A stretch of DNA of 64,000 nt, taken from NCBI GenBank assembly GCA_022508535.1, contig JAFLUZ010000008.1:10467-74466 (forward strand). Reading direction: 5' to 3'. Below are positions 10,169 through 21,556 of the stretch, piece after piece. Every line of letters starts with the position of its first letter. The stretch's first letter is position 1. A program made the translations under genes and the position numbers. This DNA is from Erysipelotrichales bacterium. Lineage in GTDB: Bacteria; Bacillota_I; Bacilli_A; RFN20; CAG-826. The notes beneath the pieces are model-generated. The model saw only the letters and a list, made by a program, of their open reading frames with translations, did no database searches and was not told the origin of the DNA.

Positions 10169-10219
10169 AAAATACTTGTCTCCTTATGTTTTAATTATAA
10201 CAAAAGAAGTATACTTTTT

Positions 10220-10241
10220 AATGTTCTTTTAAAAGAACATT
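10220..10241. promoter_or_regulatory. Perfect 22-bp palindrome upstream of the XRE gene (candidate operator)
   Basis: AATGTTCTTTT|AAAAGAACATT. Confidence 0.45.
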
Positions 10242-10333
10242 TGTTATATAGTGGAAAACTCCAGTGTACTACCATTTTACACTATATCTTTATTAGTAAT
10301 ATCGTTGAAAAAAAGACTGAATTTCTTCAGCCT

Positions 10334-11461
10334 TTATTTCTTAAACATTTTTTTGAACTTATCAAATATTGATTCGTTTTTACCTTCAAGTTCTTTAAAT
10401 TTTTCTAACAATGCTTTTTGTTCTTTAGAAATTGTTGTAGGTGTTACAACTTTTACATGGATATATTGATCACCGTATATTCCTGTTCTAACATTTTTAA
10501 CACCTTTACCACGAACTTTTAGGATTTGTCCTGATTGTGTGCCACTAGGAATCTTAACTTCTACTTCTCCATATACAGTTGGAACAGTAACAGTTGTACC
10601 AAGTGCAGCATCTACCATAGAAATTGGAATTTCAATATGGATATTGTCGCCATCTCTTTCGAAATTGCTATGTTCTTTAATAGTAACTTCAATAATTAAG
10701 TCACCATTAGAGCCACCATTTAAACCACGTTCTCCTTTGTTTGGAACACGGATTTGTTGTCCTTCATTAATGCCAGCAGGAACTTTAACATCAACATTGG
10801 TATGAACATGTTTATAGCCTTTACCACCACATGAATCACATTTGTTTTTAATAACTTTACCAGTTCCTCCACAATGAGGACATGCAGATTGTGTTTCGAC
10901 AGTACCAAATAGTGTTTGTTGTCTAGAGCGAACACTACCAGTACCGTTACAATGGCTACAAGTTTCAATATCATTAGGGGATTTTGCACCTGTTCCGTGA
11001 CATTTATCACATTGTTCGTCAACATCTAGTGGAATAGAAATAGTTGTGCCATTAATTGCGTCCATAAAGCTAATACGGATACGCATAAAGGCATCATTAC
11101 CTCGTGTTGGTCCAGTTGGTCCTCGACGTGATCTTCTACCACCACCAAAGAATGAGCCAAATATATCGCCAAGATCTACATCTTGGAAACCACCACCAAA
11201 TCCGCCAAAACCACCGAATCCGCCTTGTCCACCATTTTGATCAAACGCAGCGTGACCAAACTGATCATAAGTAGAACGTTTATTATCATCATAAAGCACA
11301 TCATAGGCTTCTTGAATTTCTTTGAACTTTTCTTCTGAACCTGTTTCTTTATTATCTGGGTGATATTGTTTTGCTAATTTTCGATAAGCACTTTTAATTT
11401 CATCTTTACTAGCAGATTTAGAAACACCAAGTACTTCATAATAGTCTCTCTTACTCGGCAT
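10334..11461 (-). CDS. dnaJ: Chaperone DnaJ
   Basis: J domain with HPD, G/F region, four CxxCxGxG repeats. Confidence 0.98.
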   Translation of the reverse strand: MPSKRDYYEVLGVSKSASKDEIKSAYRKLAKQYHPDNKETGSEEKFKEIQEAYDVLYDDNKRSTYDQFGHAAFDQNGGQGGFGGFGGFGGGFQDVDLGDIFGSFFGGGRRSRRGPTGPTRGNDAFMRIRISFMDAINGTTISIPLDVDEQCDKCHGTGAKSPNDIETCSHCNGTGSVRSRQQTLFGTVETQSACPHCGGTGKVIKNKCDSCGGKGYKHVHTNVDVKVPAGINEGQQIRVPNKGERGLNGGSNGDLIIEVTIKEHSNFERDGDNIHIEIPISMVDAALGTTVTVPTVYGEVEVKIPSGTQSGQILKVRGKGVKNVRTGIYGDQYIHVKVVTPTTISKEQKALLEKFKELEGKNESIFDKFKKMFKK

Positions 11462-11514
11462 TCATATCCCTCCTTTAACTCAAGAATGGGGCATTATATG
11501 CCCCATATTATTTT

Positions 11515-13347
<1,833 letters not shown>

Positions 13348-13355
13348 TTATTAAA

Positions 13356-13931
13356 TTAGTTCTCACTTGAACTATTGCTTTCTTCTTTTTTCTCTTCTTT
13401 AACTTCTTTTTTTCTTGCGACGATTACCATAGCAGGTTTAATAATACGATCTTTTAATTTATAACCTACTGATAATACTTTGATGACTGTATTTGGTTCT
13501 TCATCGCTTTCTTCTGAATCAATTGCATGCATATAAGATGAGTCAAATTTTGCATGTAAGCTTGGTTCTAATTTAGTGATACCTTCATTTTCTAAGACGC
13601 TTAATATATTTTTATAAATATATTCAAATCCTATTAGAAAGTTTTGCATCTTTTGATCATCAGGTTTTATTTGTAGAGCTACATGGAATGAATCTAATGC
13701 TGGCATTAAGTCTTCAACAAATCCTGCCGCGCGATATTTAATCATATCGAGATGTTCTTTTTCATACATCTTTTTCTCATTTTGCAAGTTTGCATAAGCC
13801 ATATAATATTTATTTTTCCATTCTTCAGCCTCTAACTTAGCTTTTTTTAATTCTTCTTCGAGATGGTGAATTTTTCTATTTTCTCTTTTAGAAACTTTCT
13901 CTTCTTTTACTACTTCTTTATTTTCTTCCAT
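13356..13931 (-). CDS. grpE: Nucleotide exchange factor GrpE
   Basis: GYKLKDRIIKPAMV C-terminus; lies between hrcA and dnaK; start chosen at MEENKE. Confidence 0.95.
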   Translation of the reverse strand: MEENKEVVKEEKVSKRENRKIHHLEEELKKAKLEAEEWKNKYYMAYANLQNEKKMYEKEHLDMIKYRAAGFVEDLMPALDSFHVALQIKPDDQKMQNFLIGFEYIYKNILSVLENEGITKLEPSLHAKFDSSYMHAIDSEESDEEPNTVIKVLSVGYKLKDRIIKPAMVIVARKKEVKEEKKEESNSSSEN

Positions 13932-14937
13932 TTTTATTCCTTTCTCTCGCAAAATATTTTTCTAATTCTTGTGCGACATATTCTAATGCTCCAACAACTT
14001 TCTCGTAGTCCATTCTTTTTGGTCCAACAAGAGCAATTGTTCCATCATCTTGACCAGGCATTTTAATCTTTGAGGTAATGATAGAAACATCGTTATCATT
14101 GATAGAGATGCTTATATCTTCACTGCCATCAGTGATCAACATTCTTCTCATCTCATCTGGTGAATCAAAGAGATTTAAGACTCTACGTAGTTTATCAGCA
14201 TCACTTGCGATATCTTCTTGATTGAAAAGTTGTCCTTTTCCAAATAAAGATATACGATCACGAGCGAATTTTAAGAACGCTTCCATGAATACTTGATAAA
14301 TCATATCATTATCAGATACATAGTTTTGAAGGACTGGTCTAATCGCATCCATTTTATCGATTAACTGCGAGACCGCGGTTCCTTTTAAGCGATCATTAAG
14401 CACTTTTACGCAACTTTCAATATCTTTAATTTCGGTATCCTCATCAAAGACAAATGTTTTGTTTTCAACGTAACCTTTATCAGTAACGAATACCACTGTT
14501 GCAGTCTTCGTAGAGATTGGAATTAGTTGCACAGAAATAAGATGTTCATCTTTCGCATTAGGACCTAACATTACGGAAGCAAGATTAGTCATATGCGAGA
14601 GGATTTCACAAGATTGTGTAATTGCTTGTTCTACTGTTAATGTTCTTTCCGACAAAAGATTTGCAATTTCATTTTTAATTCTCGTATCAACACTTTCATT
14701 TCTTAAGTGATCAATATAATAACGATAACCTTTTGAAGAAGGAACACGCCCACTTGAAGTATGGGTCTTTTCTAGATATCCTTCTTTTTCAAGTGCGAAC
14801 ATTTCATTTCGAATCGTGGCACTAGAGACATCAAGATGATATTCCTCAATAAGAGTGTGACTACCAACTGGCTGGGCATTCTTAATAAAGTATTCGACAA
14901 TAAGTTTTAAGATATAGTCTCTTCTTGATAAACTCAT
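13918..14937 (-). CDS. hrcA: Heat-inducible repressor HrcA
   Basis: SSATIRNEM..LE..GYL..HTSSGRVPS..GYRYY and GPKRMDY motifs. Confidence 0.97.
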   Translation of the reverse strand: MSLSRRDYILKLIVEYFIKNAQPVGSHTLIEEYHLDVSSATIRNEMFALEKEGYLEKTHTSSGRVPSSKGYRYYIDHLRNESVDTRIKNEIANLLSERTLTVEQAITQSCEILSHMTNLASVMLGPNAKDEHLISVQLIPISTKTATVVFVTDKGYVENKTFVFDEDTEIKDIESCVKVLNDRLKGTAVSQLIDKMDAIRPVLQNYVSDNDMIYQVFMEAFLKFARDRISLFGKGQLFNQEDIASDADKLRRVLNLFDSPDEMRRMLITDGSEDISISINDNDVSIITSKIKMPGQDDGTIALVGPKRMDYEKVVGALEYVAQELEKYFARERNKNGRK

Positions 14938-14950
14938 AGTTTCACCTCGT

Positions 14951-14977
14951 TTAGCACTCTATATTTCTTTGTGCTAA
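14951..14977. promoter_or_regulatory. CIRCE element 1 (HrcA operator)
   Basis: TTAGCACTC-N9-TTGTGCTAA versus consensus TTAGCACTC-N9-GAGTGCTAA. Confidence 0.9.
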
Positions 14978-14996
14978 TTCTATTATATGCCGTAAT

Positions 14997-15023
14997 TTAG
15001 CACTGTCAACAAAAAAGTGCTAA
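14997..15023. promoter_or_regulatory. CIRCE element 2, overlapping the -35 of the hrcA promoter
   Basis: TTAGCACTG-N9-AAGTGCTAA; minus-strand TTGACA (15004-15009) and TATAAT (14982-14987), 16-bp spacer. Confidence 0.88.
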
Positions 15024-15072
15024 AAATTGTAAAAATTTGGAAATAATCTATTTTATAGATTCTTTAATGCAT

Positions 15073-15105
15073 AAAAAAACCCATAACTTATTAGATTATG
15101 GGTTA
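15073..15105 (-). terminator. Intrinsic terminator after hemW
   Basis: AACCCATAA...TTATGGGTT stem followed by a T-run on the minus strand. Confidence 0.75.
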
Positions 15106-15118
15106 AAGTATTAATTTT

Positions 15119-16222
15119 TTATATTTCCATAAACATTTTTACTAATACACTATCAAGTAACATCATACCAAGATAGGTGGCTTTAATTCGAGTTTTAGTC
15201 TCTTTTAATAATTTGTTAGCGATGGTATTATCTAAAGAATTTTTAAAAACTTCTCTAATATCTTTTTTAAATCTTTTCTTAAATTCTAATTTACTAAATC
15301 CTTCTTCTTTTCTTAAATTAAGCATAACGAATTCTTCAATTTGTTCAGTTTGCGATAATTCTTCTTTATATACATAATAGTTACCTTTTAAATACTCTTT
15401 AATATTAGATGTATTCTGGTATCTAACACCATTTTCGTATCCATGTGCGCCTAAGCCAACTCCTATATATTCATTCGCATTCCAATAATTTAAATTATGT
15501 TTCGAGTACTTTTTGTCTTTAGCAAAGTTAGACACTTCGTAACGCTTAAACTTCTTCTTTTTTAACTCTTTATAAAGAAGATCATAATACGCTCGTGATG
15601 CCTCATCGCTAATCTCTTTTATTCCATCTTTATAAAAAGCTGTACCTTTTGAAACTGTCAAAGAATACGATGAAATATGCGTAATATTAAGTGACGTTAC
15701 TATTTCAATGTCTTTTTTTAATATTTCAAGGGTTTGAGAAGGTAGACCATATATTAAATCAACATTTATATTATTTATTCCAGCTTCATTAAACTTATTT
15801 ATCCAATAAATAACTTGTCTTTTATTATGATATCTATTAATTATTTTTAGTAATTCATCATTAAAAGTTTGAACACCAATTGATACACGATTAATGCCAT
15901 ATTCTTTCATAAGCATTAATTTTTTCTTATTCATTGGTTCAGGATTAATTTCAATTGTAAATTCTGTTGAACTTAATTTATGTTTACTCAATGCACTAAG
16001 TAGTAATTCTAAAAGATATGGAGAAAGGCTACTCGGTGTACCTCCACCAATATAAATAGTTTTAAATTTTACTTTTCCTAAGTTATCAATTTGCTTTACT
16101 AGCTCTTTAATATATTTTGAAACAAATGGACGTAAATAAAACATCTTTGTGAAATCACAATACCCACAAAGATGTTGACAAAATGGTATATGAATATAAA
16201 GACTATTTATCTTCCTCTTCAT
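15119..16222 (-). CDS. hemW: Radical SAM heme chaperone HemW (HemN-like)
   Basis: LYIHIPFCQHLCGYCDF, IYIGGGTPS, YEVSNF, HNLNYW motifs; located between lepA and hrcA. Confidence 0.93.
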   Translation of the reverse strand: MKRKINSLYIHIPFCQHLCGYCDFTKMFYLRPFVSKYIKELVKQIDNLGKVKFKTIYIGGGTPSSLSPYLLELLLSALSKHKLSSTEFTIEINPEPMNKKKLMLMKEYGINRVSIGVQTFNDELLKIINRYHNKRQVIYWINKFNEAGINNINVDLIYGLPSQTLEILKKDIEIVTSLNITHISSYSLTVSKGTAFYKDGIKEISDEASRAYYDLLYKELKKKKFKRYEVSNFAKDKKYSKHNLNYWNANEYIGVGLGAHGYENGVRYQNTSNIKEYLKGNYYVYKEELSQTEQIEEFVMLNLRKEEGFSKLEFKKRFKKDIREVFKNSLDNTIANKLLKETKTRIKATYLGMMLLDSVLVKMFMEI

Positions 16223-16439
16223 TTTTAACTTCTGATGTTTTTTCTTCTTCAATAGGGACAAGAATACGATCTAAAGATTCTTTAGCGGCTTCTTCTTCCG
16301 TTTCTGGTTTTTTAACATCATCGCGTAAAGCTGGTAATTTTCTTAATAAGAAAACCACTAATGCGATAGCACCAAAAATAACTACAAGAAGAAGAATAAT
16401 AATAAATGGATTATCTAATCCTGATGCAAAATTTAACAT
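16203..16439 (-). CDS. Small single-TM protein
   Basis: 78 aa; hydrophobic N-terminal half, acidic tail; overlaps the hemW start. Confidence 0.6.
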   Translation of the reverse strand: MLNFASGLDNPFIIILLLVVIFGAIALVVFLLRKLPALRDDVKKPETEEEAAKESLDRILVPIEEEKTSEVKNEEEDK

Positions 16440-16448
16440 ATTAAATAC

Positions 16449-17813
16449 CTACTTTCTTTCAACTGGCGTGTAAACAAATTTGTTTTTAATCATTTCTTTT
16501 TGATAAAAACCGAGTCTAGATAAATTATCCATCGATGTTCGTGCTGTTTCATAAGCACATTCATTCATTGCTTTAAATTGTTGGATTGTATAATACTTAC
16601 CAACCGTGCAATGATGGGCATAAAACAATGCTTCACCTTTTTTTAGCTTTGGGTTAAGTTCTAATAAATGTTCTGCAATTTTATCAGCGTCTTTTTCATC
16701 TAAACCAACTGGTAATTTAGGCAAGGCCACTCTTACCTCATAGTCAACATTATGCAACACTTGTGAAGATTTTTCCACAACTTCGACATTTTTTTCTAAT
16801 TTTTCTTCACTTTTTTCAATATTAAAGAATTCTTCTTTAATTTCATTCGCCGCATTTTTCTTTATTAAGTCTAAAATATTAGTGACTTTTTCATCTAAGA
16901 TAATCATAGAATGATGAATAATATAAGTCATATCATTTGATTCCATAACATTTTTAAAGACTTTAGTCATTTTCTCTTTTAAATCATCGATTAGTGTTTC
17001 AAAGTCAATTAAAGTGGCTATCTCATCAAAATCATATTGAGCTAATATGGCTTTAGAAAGCAACACAGCAATTTCTTCACTATAGAAAGAAAATGGTTGA
17101 ATCATACAAATATAGAAATAAGTGACGATTGATCGGAAAAGCGCCGAATACGAGCTGTTACCTATAAATTCATATAGGTCTTCCATCATCGGTTTTATTC
17201 TTTCGACAGGTGCAGCAGAGTATAAACGATCATAAAGTCTTATAGTGGTATCTTGCAATTCTTCTTTCCGATATAAAAAATCAACGTCATCTATCCCACT
17301 TAAAATTGACGCGAATTTTAATGCACGAGCCTCATTAACTGCATCAGCGGAATAATCCTCAATATTTTTCAAACATTCATAGTATTTTTGCAAAATAATT
17401 TGATTAGGCTTTAATGATGAAGCATTTCCATTGATGATATCAATAAATAAGTTATCATCAGTTTCAACATTATAAATATTTGCAATGTGCCTTAAAGAAA
17501 TAATAATTTGCTCATTTCTTGCACTTACACGAACATAATCGTTGTAATTCAGTTTAAGATATTTAATCATTAACTTTACTAATTTTCTCTCTAATAAAGT
17601 TTCTTTATTTAAAATTCCTGGTGTAAAAACAATATTAAAAGGAAGTCTTTCGATATTACGTAAAGGTAATTTACTCATAAACTGATCTCGGTAAGACATA
17701 ATCTTACCCCAAAAAACATCAATTCCTGCGCGAATTTGTAAGACTTCTTGTACTTCTAATTTAGTGGCATAGGTATCACTAGAAAAAGCTTTACCATAAT
17801 CATTTAAATCCAC
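16449..17813 (-). CDS. Fic-fold protein with degenerate catalytic motif and probable C-terminal HTH
   Basis: YRKEE..YSAAPVERIKPMMEDLYEFI..YFYICMIQPFSFYSEEIAVLL in place of HPFxDGNGR; C-terminal YETARTSMDNLSRLGF wHTH-like segment. Confidence 0.7.
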   Translation of the reverse strand: MDLNDYGKAFSSDTYATKLEVQEVLQIRAGIDVFWGKIMSYRDQFMSKLPLRNIERLPFNIVFTPGILNKETLLERKLVKLMIKYLKLNYNDYVRVSARNEQIIISLRHIANIYNVETDDNLFIDIINGNASSLKPNQIILQKYYECLKNIEDYSADAVNEARALKFASILSGIDDVDFLYRKEELQDTTIRLYDRLYSAAPVERIKPMMEDLYEFIGNSSYSALFRSIVTYFYICMIQPFSFYSEEIAVLLSKAILAQYDFDEIATLIDFETLIDDLKEKMTKVFKNVMESNDMTYIIHHSMIILDEKVTNILDLIKKNAANEIKEEFFNIEKSEEKLEKNVEVVEKSSQVLHNVDYEVRVALPKLPVGLDEKDADKIAEHLLELNPKLKKGEALFYAHHCTVGKYYTIQQFKAMNECAYETARTSMDNLSRLGFYQKEMIKNKFVYTPVERK

Positions 17814-17939
17814 ATCTAGTCACCTCATATGCACATTCTAGCAAAAAACTAAATTTCTTTCTATAAAAAAACTAAATAAATACTAAAAATCTACTAACAA
17901 AATGTGACGCAAATAAACAAAAAGACACGAATTTCGTGT

Positions 17940-19748
17940 CTATTCGTCATCATCAATAGAAAGTAAAGACATAAATGCTTCTTGTGGAACTTCCACAGAG
18001 CCAACTCTTTTCATTCTCTTTTTACCTTCTTTTTGTTTTTCAAGAAGCTTTCTTTTACGGGAAATGTCTCCACCATAACACTTAGCTAAAACATCTTTTC
18101 TAACAGCTTTAATGTCTGTTCGAGCAATAATCTTTCCATTTACAGATGCTTGTACTGGAACTTCAAATTGTTGACGAGGAATTACTTCTTTTAATTTGCG
18201 GGTAATTACATTTCCGCGATTATACGCTGTTGGTTTATAAACAATAAGACTCAAAGCATCAATCGGAACACCATTAAGTAAAATATCCATTTTTGCTAAA
18301 TTTGATACCTTGTAATCACTTAATTCATAGTCGAAAGATGCATATCCTTTTGAATAACTCTTTAATTTATCAAAGAAATTATAAACAATTTCACTTAGTG
18401 GTATTTCATATTTTAAGATCATTCTTGTATCATCAAAATATTCTAAATCAAGATATATACCACGCTTTTCTTGACATAGTTCCATTATAGGTCCCACATA
18501 TTCTTTTGGTGTCATAATATTTGCCTTAATATATGGTTCTTCTATTGACTTAATAAGTGTTTGATCTGGTAGTTTAGATGGATTATCAATGTCTATGACA
18601 CTACCATTAGTCATATTAATTTTATAAATAACTGATGGCGCGGTTAAAATTAAATCAATATTATATTCTCTCTCTAATCTTTCTTGCACAACATCCATAT
18701 GTAATAAGCCTAAGAATCCACATCTAAAGCCAAATCCAAGTGCTTGTGATGTTTCAGGCTCAAATACTAAAGATGAGTCATTAAGACACAACTTTTCTAG
18801 TGCTTCTTTTAAATCTTGATATTTTTTAGAGTCAACCGGATATAGACCACAATAAACCATCGGATTAATATGGCGGTATCCAGGTAAAGGTTGATCAGTT
18901 GGATTATCTCTTAATGTAACAGTTTCACCAGGATGAACATCTTTAATATCTTTAATTTGTGCACATAAATAACCTACCTCACCAGCATATAAAACATCAC
19001 GTTTTTCTTCTTTTGGTGTGCGTATTCCAAGCTCAGTGACTTGATAATCTTTATTAGCTGCGCATAAGTGAATTATATCTCCAACTTTTACTTTTCCTTC
19101 TTTTAAACGAATGTTAATAACAACACCACGATAAGAATCGTAGTTCGAATCAAAAATAAGTGCTTTTAATGGTGCATTAACATCACCAACTGGAGCAGGA
19201 ACTGATTCTACAATTTGTGCTAAAACTTTTTCAACATTTAAACCAGTCTTAGCAGAAACATTAACAGCGTTATCACAGCTTATCCCAATTCTTTTTTCAA
19301 TTTCCATTTTAACTCGTTCAGGATCCGAACTTGGTAAATCAACTTTATTAATAACGGGAATAACTTCTAAATCATTATCAACTGCCAAATATACATTAGC
19401 TAGTGTTTGAGCTTCTACTCCTTGTGTAGCATCTACAACAAGTAAGGCACCTTCACAAGCAGCAAGAGAACGCGATACTTCATAAGTAAAGTCGACGTGT
19501 CCTGGAGTGTCAATTAAATTAAAGATATAATCTTCACCATCTGTATGATGATAATTTAAAGTTACAGCATTAAGTTTAATTGTAATTCCTCTTTCTCTTT
19601 CTAAATCCATAGAATCGAGAAGTTGCTCTTTCATTTCTCTTTTATCAACACTACCAGTTAATTCTAAGATACGATCTGCAAGTGTGGACTTACCATGATC
19701 AATATGAGCGATAATAGAAAAATTTCGTATTTTCTTTTGATCAAACAT
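17940..19748 (-). CDS. lepA: Elongation factor 4
   Basis: [35 protein letters not shown]. Confidence 0.99.
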   Translation of the reverse strand: MFDQKKIRNFSIIAHIDHGKSTLADRILELTGSVDKREMKEQLLDSMDLERERGITIKLNAVTLNYHHTDGEDYIFNLIDTPGHVDFTYEVSRSLAACEGALLVVDATQGVEAQTLANVYLAVDNDLEVIPVINKVDLPSSDPERVKMEIEKRIGISCDNAVNVSAKTGLNVEKVLAQIVESVPAPVGDVNAPLKALIFDSNYDSYRGVVINIRLKEGKVKVGDIIHLCAANKDYQVTELGIRTPKEEKRDVLYAGEVGYLCAQIKDIKDVHPGETVTLRDNPTDQPLPGYRHINPMVYCGLYPVDSKKYQDLKEALEKLCLNDSSLVFEPETSQALGFGFRCGFLGLLHMDVVQERLEREYNIDLILTAPSVIYKINMTNGSVIDIDNPSKLPDQTLIKSIEEPYIKANIMTPKEYVGPIMELCQEKRGIYLDLEYFDDTRMILKYEIPLSEIVYNFFDKLKSYSKGYASFDYELSDYKVSNLAKMDILLNGVPIDALSLIVYKPTAYNRGNVITRKLKEVIPRQQFEVPVQASVNGKIIARTDIKAVRKDVLAKCYGGDISRKRKLLEKQKEGKKRMKRVGSVEVPQEAFMSLLSIDDDE

Positions 19749-19946
19749 AAATCCACCTCCAACTCGTTAAATTATAACAAATTTATTTAATATATTAAAT
19801 ATATAAATTTATACTTTATAATTTCAAATTTGTCTCAATTTAATAATTTTTATACGATTTATAAGTTTGTCTCACCTATAAGTAATAATGAAGGAACTAG
19901 AACGGTCTAGGCGTGCAAAACTCCTGCACGAACGGAGATGATGTCT

Positions 19947-19985
19947 ATGAGAACTAAAAAGCTCACTGATAGAATCTCTAAGTAA
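19947..19985 (+). CDS. Putative 12-aa leader peptide MRTKKLTDRISK
   Basis: GGAG 9 nt upstream; TAA overlaps the next RBS (TAAGGAAGGAG); frame and length kept in copy 2. Confidence 0.5.
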   Translation: MRTKKLTDRISK

Positions 19986-19999
19986 GGAAGGAGATCCCA

Positions 20000-20098
20000 T
20001 TGGTGAGCAGTATTATCAATATTGCAAGTGTAATAATTACTTTAGTAACCATTATAACTACAGTTATCGAAATTATTAGAAATAATAAAAATAGATAG
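20000..20098 (+). CDS. Putative type I toxin, 32-aa hydrophobic peptide MVSSIINIASVIITLVTIITTVIEIIRNNKNR
   Basis: Strong AAGGAAGGAG RBS, TTG/GTG start, single TM-length helix plus basic tail; conserved in copy 2. Confidence 0.75.
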   Translation: MVSSIINIASVIITLVTIITTVIEIIRNNKNR

Positions 20099-20102
20099 GA
20101 AA

Positions 20103-20188
20103 TAAAAAAAAAGCCGCTAACAACTTTCAATCAACGCGGCTAACTATCTGCAGGAGTTAGTCACTAGATTGAACTAGGACCTTCCTTA
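20103..20188 (-). ncRNA. Putative antisense antitoxin RNA (copy 1)
   Basis: Minus-strand -10 TATACT at 20194-20199; terminator AGCCGC...GCGGCT followed by a long T-run. Confidence 0.55.
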
Positions 20189-20225
20189 TTAATAGTATAC
20201 AACAATTCAAATAAATTTGCTATTT

Positions 20226-20245
20226 TATATATATATATATATATA
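20226..20245. repeat. (TA)10 microsatellite
   Basis: Direct reading. Confidence 0.9.
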
Positions 20246-20409
20246 AAATTCCACATTTATAAATCTCTTTTTCAAAATGTCAAATAGAATGTAATATACA
20301 CTTTTTTATAAATCGTATAATTAATTTTGTTTCTAAGTTATATCCATTGCAAAATGCATTTTCATATATTATATTTCAATTAATAAAATATCTTTCGAGG
20401 TGAAAATAT

Positions 20410-21366
20410 ATGGGATGGATTATTGCCTTATGTGCTTTACTAGTTTTATTAATAGTTATACTAGTATTTTCATTTTTTGCTTATAGACTTGTGTTTTATG
20501 TCCCATCTAAGCATAAAGAAGATGTTTATGCAATACCAGACGATGAGCAATACGCACATGATCGAGATAAAATGATTTCATTAATCAAAGAGATTGACAC
20601 TCTTCCTTATGAAAGAGTATATTGCATTGCAAAAGATGGAATAGCGTTGTCAGGAAGATATTATCATACTAATGATAATGCTCCTATTCAAATTCAATTT
20701 CCAGGATATAAAGGATCATCAATTCGAGACTTTTGCGGTGGATGCAAATTAGCAAGGGAACTAGGTTTTAATGTATTACTTGTCGACCAACGCGCTCATG
20801 GAATGAGTGAAGGACATACAATTACATTTGGCGTTAAAGAACGTTATGATTGTTTATGTTGGATAGACTACGCTATTAATCGTTTCGGAAAGGATATACA
20901 AATTTATCTTGCTGGTGTGTCGATGGGTGGTGCGACAATACTTATGGCCTCAGAATTTGATTTACCTAAAAACATTCGTGGAATAGTGGCGGATTGTCCA
21001 TTTACTACTCCTCCTGCAATAATTAAAAAAGTATGCAAAGACAGAGGATATAATCCAAAAATCATATATCCATTTATTTACTTAGGAGCACTCCTTTTTG
21101 GACACTTTAAGTTAAATGCTGCAAATTCTTCTGAAGCAGTTACACATACTGATATACCAGTTTTATTAATCCATGGTGAAGATGATAAATTTGTGCCATG
21201 CGAAATGAGTAAAGAAATTAAAAATAATTGTGTATCTTACTCTGAACTTCATACATTTCCAGGTGCTGGGCATGGCATAAGTTTTATTGTTAATCATGAA
21301 AGATATAAAAATATCGCATCATCATTCTTAGAGTATTGTAAGAACAATAAAATCGAAAATAATTAG
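20410..21366 (+). CDS. Membrane-anchored alpha/beta hydrolase
   Basis: N-terminal TM; DQRAHGMSEG, GVSMGG nucleophile elbow, IHGEDDKFVP, GAGH. Confidence 0.92.
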   Translation: MGWIIALCALLVLLIVILVFSFFAYRLVFYVPSKHKEDVYAIPDDEQYAHDRDKMISLIKEIDTLPYERVYCIAKDGIALSGRYYHTNDNAPIQIQFPGYKGSSIRDFCGGCKLARELGFNVLLVDQRAHGMSEGHTITFGVKERYDCLCWIDYAINRFGKDIQIYLAGVSMGGATILMASEFDLPKNIRGIVADCPFTTPPAIIKKVCKDRGYNPKIIYPFIYLGALLFGHFKLNAANSSEAVTHTDIPVLLIHGEDDKFVPCEMSKEIKNNCVSYSELHTFPGAGHGISFIVNHERYKNIASSFLEYCKNNKIENN

Positions 21367-21460
21367 TCAAAACCACATGGTCATTCCTCATGTTTTAAAA
21401 ATAAATCGTTACAATATTCAGTATTTCAGCAATGAACGGTTACTTATTCTTTGAATTATA

Positions 21461-21495
21461 AAAGCCTAATTCAGCATATGACTGAATTAGGCTTT
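21461..21495. terminator. Bidirectional terminator
   Basis: AAAGCCTAATTCAG...CTGAATTAGGCTTT between convergent genes. Confidence 0.75.
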
Positions 21496-21556
21496 AACTA
21501 ATTTATCTTTTTTAAATTTTCAAAAACTCTTTACAAGTTCAATAATATTATCCTAT

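Larger units (their letters stand above)
19824..20199 (+). repeat. Dispersed repeat copy 1 (~365 bp), putative type I toxin-antitoxin module
   Basis: Colinear and highly similar to 59867-60238. Confidence 0.92.

Noticed and set aside
19824-20199. Repeat interpreted as a MITE or IS remnant
   Set aside because: The end complementarity is bulged and RNA-like rather than a perfect terminal inverted repeat; no target-site duplication or transposase, and the coding/antisense layout fits type I TA better.
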